This document shows positions 60,165 through 64,000 of a stretch of 64,000 nt of DNA, in pieces; position 1 is the first letter of the stretch, and every line of letters begins with the position of its first letter. Both the position numbers and the translations under genes were made by a program. The notes beneath the pieces were generated by a model. That model saw only the letters and a program-made list of their open reading frames with translations. It did not search any database and was not told the origin of the DNA. Source of the DNA: an uncultured Gemmatimonadales bacterium (GTDB lineage Bacteria; Gemmatimonadota; Gemmatimonadetes; Longimicrobiales; RSA9); assembly GCA_963741945.1 (NCBI GenBank), contig CAVUKA010000001.1, positions 288,001 to 352,000 of the forward strand. Reading direction: 5' to 3'.

Positions 60165-61841
60165 CTACGGCCGCCGCGCGCCCGAGTCGGAGCGATCGCC
60201 CTGTCTCAGCGTCACTTCCTCCGCGCGCCCGCCTCTGACCGTGAACGCCACGCGGATGCTCGGGTTGTACACCACAGTGAACGCGTCCTCGCCCGCGGGA
60301 ACCAGGCGGCTCGGGGTGCCCGCGAATTCGGTCATGAGCCGCCCCGAGGAATCCGCGCCGTAGACCGTCAGCTCGAGGGTCTGCGAACCGACGGGCACGT
60401 CGTAGACCCCCTCGTACCGGCCCACCGCCCCGCCGTCCAGCGGCAGCCCTTCGTTCCCCGCGATCGCTCGCGACGGCGGGCACTCCGCGGACGCCCGCCT
60501 CCCGCGTCTGGCCCTTCCGTTGACGAACATGACGATCTCGGGCGCCTCGCCGGCCGGCTGCCTCGGGAACGCGAAGCTCCACTCCTCCCGCTTCGTGAAG
60601 AACAGCGTGTCCGTGGCGGCGTAGAGCCGCATCCGCACGTCCGTGGTGGGCTGGACCGTGAGAAAGCCATCGTCTTCCATCCGCACGTACCACGGGATGA
60701 AGTCGATGTAGTAGGTGCCCGCGAGGCGGGCGAGGTCCGCGGCCGGCACGTCCTCCTCCTCGATGGCGGACATCGGTGCATGGACGAGCAGGTCCGGGAC
60801 CAGGCTGTTGTCGAACTCTCTCGAGCTGGCGAGAAGGACCATCCCGACGCCACGCTCGGGATCGAACGCCATCCGGGCCGTGAAGCCATCCGTGTCGCCG
60901 CCGTGCTGGACGAGGCGGCGACCGTTGAGCGTGTAGCTCCACCACCCCAGACCCACGCTCCTGTCACCGGCCCCCATCGGACGCAGCGGCCGCTGCGTGT
61001 CGCGCATGGCGCGCCCGAGCTCGGTATCGGCGTCGCCGACGTTCGCGGCCAGGAACCGCAGCAGGTCCTCGACAGTCGAGCGGAGGCCGCCGGCCCCCTC
61101 CAGCGCCTCCGGGGCCTTCATCGGGGGGGCCACTCTTATCCCGTAGTGTCCCTCCACGAGCCGCTCCGCCGGCGTGCCTTCCGACCCGTAGTGGGTGTCG
61201 GCCATCCCCAGCGGGCCGAGAACGCGCTCCTCGATCAGCGATCGGAAGTCCGCCCCGGCCGCCCGGGCCAGCGCGAGGCCGAGGAGGCCCATCCCCACGT
61301 TCGAGTACTCGAACTCCACGCCTGGCTCCCTCTCCAGCCTGTAGTCGGAGAGAAGCGCGTACGCGTCGCCGACGGTCAGGTCGAAAGGGTCGGCCACGCC
61401 CCGTGCCGAGAGCAGCCCGACCATTGTCGCATCCGAAAGGCCGGACGTGTGGGTGGCCAGGTCCTCGAGGGTGATGGCCCGGCCATGGAACGCCCGCGCG
61501 CGGACCCCCGGCGGCAGGTACCTGGAGACCGGGTCGTCCAGCGCCACCTCTCCGCGCTCCACCATCTCCGCCAGGAGCGTGGCCGTGAAGACTTTCGTCA
61601 GCGAGCCGATCTCGAACGACGACCGGCTGTCCAGCGGCGCTCCTCCGTCCGCGACGCTCCCGTAGCTGACCACTCGCGTCGAGCCGTCCGCCTCGAGAAC
61701 GCCCAGAACGATGCCCGGCGCCTCGCCGTCTTCGACGAGGTAGCGGAGCATCAGCGCCAGGTCCGCGTCGCCGGGAAACGCCCGCGTCGGGCCGGCCGGC
61801 GCGCAGGACAGCGCCAGAAGACACGTCGCCGCGGCGATCAT
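60165..61841 (-). CDS. serine hydrolase, beta-lactamase class C-like (start uncertain)
   Basis: EIGSLTK (SxxK), LATHTSG, YSN, GAGGLRST, HGG; possible lipobox LALSC. Confidence 0.88.
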   Translation of the reverse strand: MIAAATCLLALSCAPAGPTRAFPGDADLALMLRYLVEDGEAPGIVLGVLEADGSTRVVSYGSVADGGAPLDSRSSFEIGSLTKVFTATLLAEMVERGEVALDDPVSRYLPPGVRARAFHGRAITLEDLATHTSGLSDATMVGLLSARGVADPFDLTVGDAYALLSDYRLEREPGVEFEYSNVGMGLLGLALARAAGADFRSLIEERVLGPLGMADTHYGSEGTPAERLVEGHYGIRVAPPMKAPEALEGAGGLRSTVEDLLRFLAANVGDADTELGRAMRDTQRPLRPMGAGDRSVGLGWWSYTLNGRRLVQHGGDTDGFTARMAFDPERGVGMVLLASSREFDNSLVPDLLVHAPMSAIEEEDVPAADLARLAGTYYIDFIPWYVRMEDDGFLTVQPTTDVRMRLYAATDTLFFTKREEWSFAFPRQPAGEAPEIVMFVNGRARRGRRASAECPPSRAIAGNEGLPLDGGAVGRYEGVYDVPVGSQTLELTVYGADSSGRLMTEFAGTPSRLVPAGEDAFTVVYNPSIRVAFTVRGGRAEEVTLRQGDRSDSGARRP

Positions 61842-61980
61842 CAGGCGACGACGACGCGGGCGGCGAACCCGCTCGCCCGTCTCCACCGTCACGAGCCGGC
61901 CTCGCCCGCCACGATGCGCGACGGCCGTGGACGCCAGCACCGACGGCACCGGATGAGCCGCAGCGATTTCAACCGGCGAG

Positions 61981-62520
61981 TCACGAGAGCCGGGCCGGAA
62001 CGTAGGTCAACCGGATCACGTCCTCGCCGATCCGATCACTGGTCATGAGGCGCAGCCGCGGCCGCGGTCCCGCGAAATACGGAGTGCCGTGCCCGAGGAC
62101 GACCGGGTGCAGGTAGATTCGATACTCGTCGATCAGCCCGAGCTCGGTGAGGCTCTGCGCCAACGCCGGGCCGGCAACTTCGATCTCCCCGTCGCGCTCG
62201 GCCTTGAGGTCGCGGATCGCCGCCTCGAGATCATCACCGAGGAGCCTGGCGTTCGGGCCGACCGACTTCAACGAGCGCGATACCACCCATTTCGGCTGGC
62301 GCCGCCACGCCGCGGCGAAGGCGTGTTCGTCTGCATCCCATTCGGGATGATCGTCGTCCCAGTAACGCATGATCTCGTACATCGTCCGACCGTACACACT
62401 GCCCGCCTGCCCCTGAGCCTCCTCGATGAAGTGGCGGAAGAGCGTCGGGCCGGGCGCAAAGGCCGCATGGTCGACGTAGCCGTCCAGGGACTGGTTCATT
62501 CCGAACACGAGCCTGACCAT
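61981..62520 (-). CDS. dihydrofolate reductase/RibD C-terminal family protein
   Basis: QSLDGYV, YGRTMYE, KWVVSRSL, GLIDEYRIYLHPVVLG. Confidence 0.9.
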   Translation of the reverse strand: MVRLVFGMNQSLDGYVDHAAFAPGPTLFRHFIEEAQGQAGSVYGRTMYEIMRYWDDDHPEWDADEHAFAAAWRRQPKWVVSRSLKSVGPNARLLGDDLEAAIRDLKAERDGEIEVAGPALAQSLTELGLIDEYRIYLHPVVLGHGTPYFAGPRPRLRLMTSDRIGEDVIRLTYVPARLS

Positions 62521-62732
62521 GCTACCTGCCCTCCTTGCGCGCAATGAATGGTAGGGCTTCATCACTGACGCGTGCGCCTGGCAATTCCGACACAAGCGCC
62601 TGAACCAACGTGCACTTCCCTACAGCATGAGCGCCGCAGACTGCGTCGAAACTGCGATCACCTCACCAGCTTCAACACGGCCGCGGCGGGTTCTCCGAAG
62701 CGACCGAAGGCCGCGAAGGCGCTCACCGTTTG

Positions 62733-63678
62733 ATCTTACCAACAAGTCCCCTGGGTTCAGATAATGTCCTCAACTGTCAACCTGGAGGCGCACCATGCTG
62801 CACACGGGGATCGATCTGCATAAGCGCACCTGCGTCCTGGCTACCGTGGACGCGGACGGCGAGGTCGTAGCCGAAGCGGAGCTCCGCACCCGTCGGCCGG
62901 CCATCGCCCGCTACTTTGCACAGCTCCCGGGACCCCACCGGGCCACCGTAGAAGCCACCAGCGGCTGGTACTGGATCCGGGACCTGCTGGTCGCGGAAGG
63001 CGTGACGCTGACCCTCGCGCACGCCAAATTCCTGAAGGCCATCGCCTACGCGAAGGTGAAGACGGATGCCGTCGATGCCCTCACGCTGGCCCAGCTTCTC
63101 CGCGTCGGCATGATCCCGGAGGCGCACATGATCTCCGCTGAATTCCGACCGCTCCGCGACGTGATGCGGACCCGGCTCCGCCTGATCCAGAAAGAGGTCG
63201 GGACCCGCAACAGCATTCACCGGCTCCTTGAGAAGTACAACGTTCGGGGCGTCGCGGACCTGCCGCCCATGGCCCAGCTCCAGGCCGCCTGTCACCGGGA
63301 GCGGAGGGAGCTTCTCCGGGAGCACGTCCGCCGACTCGAGAAGAGCCTCCACCCGCACCTGGTGCCTGACCCCGACGTCCAGCGCCTGCTCGCGATCCCC
63401 GGGATCGGCAAGGTCGGGGCGTTCACGATTCTCCTGGAAGTGGACGGGATCGAGCGGTTCCCGAGCGAGCGACACTTCTTCTCCTACTGCCGCTTGGTAC
63501 CGGGGGCCGCGAACTCCGGTGGCAGGGACCGCCACGTCCGATTCGATACCCACTCCGGCCCGGCCAGACCTGCCGTCGCTCGCGGACTCGAGAAGCGTCG
63601 CACGATCGAAAAGCGAATCAGAATCTCTGATTCCGCACAGGATCATCGTGCTCCTTGACGAAGGACTTGTTAATGGTG
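62733..63678 (+). mobile_element. IS110-family (IS1111-like) element, internally deleted; ends inferred
   Basis: Subterminal inverted repeats AACAAGTCC (62741-62749) and GGACTTGTT (63663-63671) flank the transposase; TTGACG lies just inside the right repeat. Confidence 0.6.
62795..63658 (+). pseudogene. IS110 family transposase, C-terminally truncated
   Basis: GIDLHK, VEAT, KTDAVDA (DEDD), IPGIG, PGAANSGG. Resemblance ends near 63540 in all three frames. Confidence 0.88.
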
Positions 63679-63739
63679 TTAAGTGACGTGGCGCCCAGCC
63701 AGCTCCATGGCGCTGACCGAACGGGCGGTTCTGCTGTTC

Positions 63740-63964
63740 CTATAGCAACGCCACGAACTCGTCCACCGACAGTCCAGCCTGTCGGATCAACGCGCGCAAC
63801 GTTCCCTTCCGCAGCTCTTTGTGGTCCGGAATCGTCAGGCGGCGATGAGGGGGTTCCGCCTGTCTCAGTATGATGTGACTTCCTCGCTGGCGATCGACAA
63901 CGTATCCGATCCTGCCGAACGCCTTGACCGCCTCGCGTCCGGAGACGACTGGCAGTTCGGCCAC
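63740..63964 (-). CDS. hicA: HicA family toxin
   Basis: LPVVSGREAVKAF, RQRGSHIIL, TIPDHKELRKGTLRALI. Confidence 0.93.
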   Translation of the reverse strand: MAELPVVSGREAVKAFGRIGYVVDRQRGSHIILRQAEPPHRRLTIPDHKELRKGTLRALIRQAGLSVDEFVALL

Positions 63965-64000
63965 CTAGACCTCCACGATCTCCTCGTGAATGGAGGGAGG
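63965..64000 (-). CDS. C-terminus of a probable HicB antitoxin (partial)
   Basis: ...PPSIHEEIVEV* ends immediately before the hicA GTG. Confidence 0.6.
   Translation of the reverse strand, partial: PPSIHEEIVEV

Noticed and set aside
1-64000. CRISPR array, cas genes, retron/reverse transcriptase or restriction systems
   Set aside because: No regularly spaced repeats or matching protein motifs were seen by eye.

Overview
High-GC (roughly 70%) bacterial chromosomal segment; gene content and order suggest Gemmatimonadota (inference, not tested). From left to right: murB (partial), tRNA-Leu(CAA), an nfeD-floA operon, a phenylacetate-lower-pathway-like acyl-CoA operon, rne-rplU-rpmA, recQ, and a ~9 kb uncharacterised sugar/phosphate-modification cluster (18.1-27.5 kb). 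That cluster encodes a CgeB glycosyltransferase, a circularly permuted clan GH-A hydrolase, two histidine phosphatases, a HAD protein, an APH-type kinase, a PRTase+kinase-like fusion, a methyltransferase and a GT9, and most of its transcription units carry a sigma54-type -24/-12 motif. Next come a DUF2249/DUF59 membrane-protein operon, a long minus-strand run (ptsN-like, aspS, phoH, HD hydrolase, ybeY, mgtE, UbiB-type kinase, meaB, a B12 mutase with isobutyryl-CoA-mutase signature residues, carboxyltransferase, nhaA, AtuA pair, crotonase, Mesh1-like hydrolase), rlmN and a fluoride riboswitch-crcB-DUF190 unit. The right end looks accessory: an internally deleted IS110-family element with subterminal inverted repeats and a bridge/seekRNA-like hairpin, next to hicBA. 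Five single-base frameshifts in short runs suggest assembly errors. All family calls come from motif recognition by eye; no database search was run.
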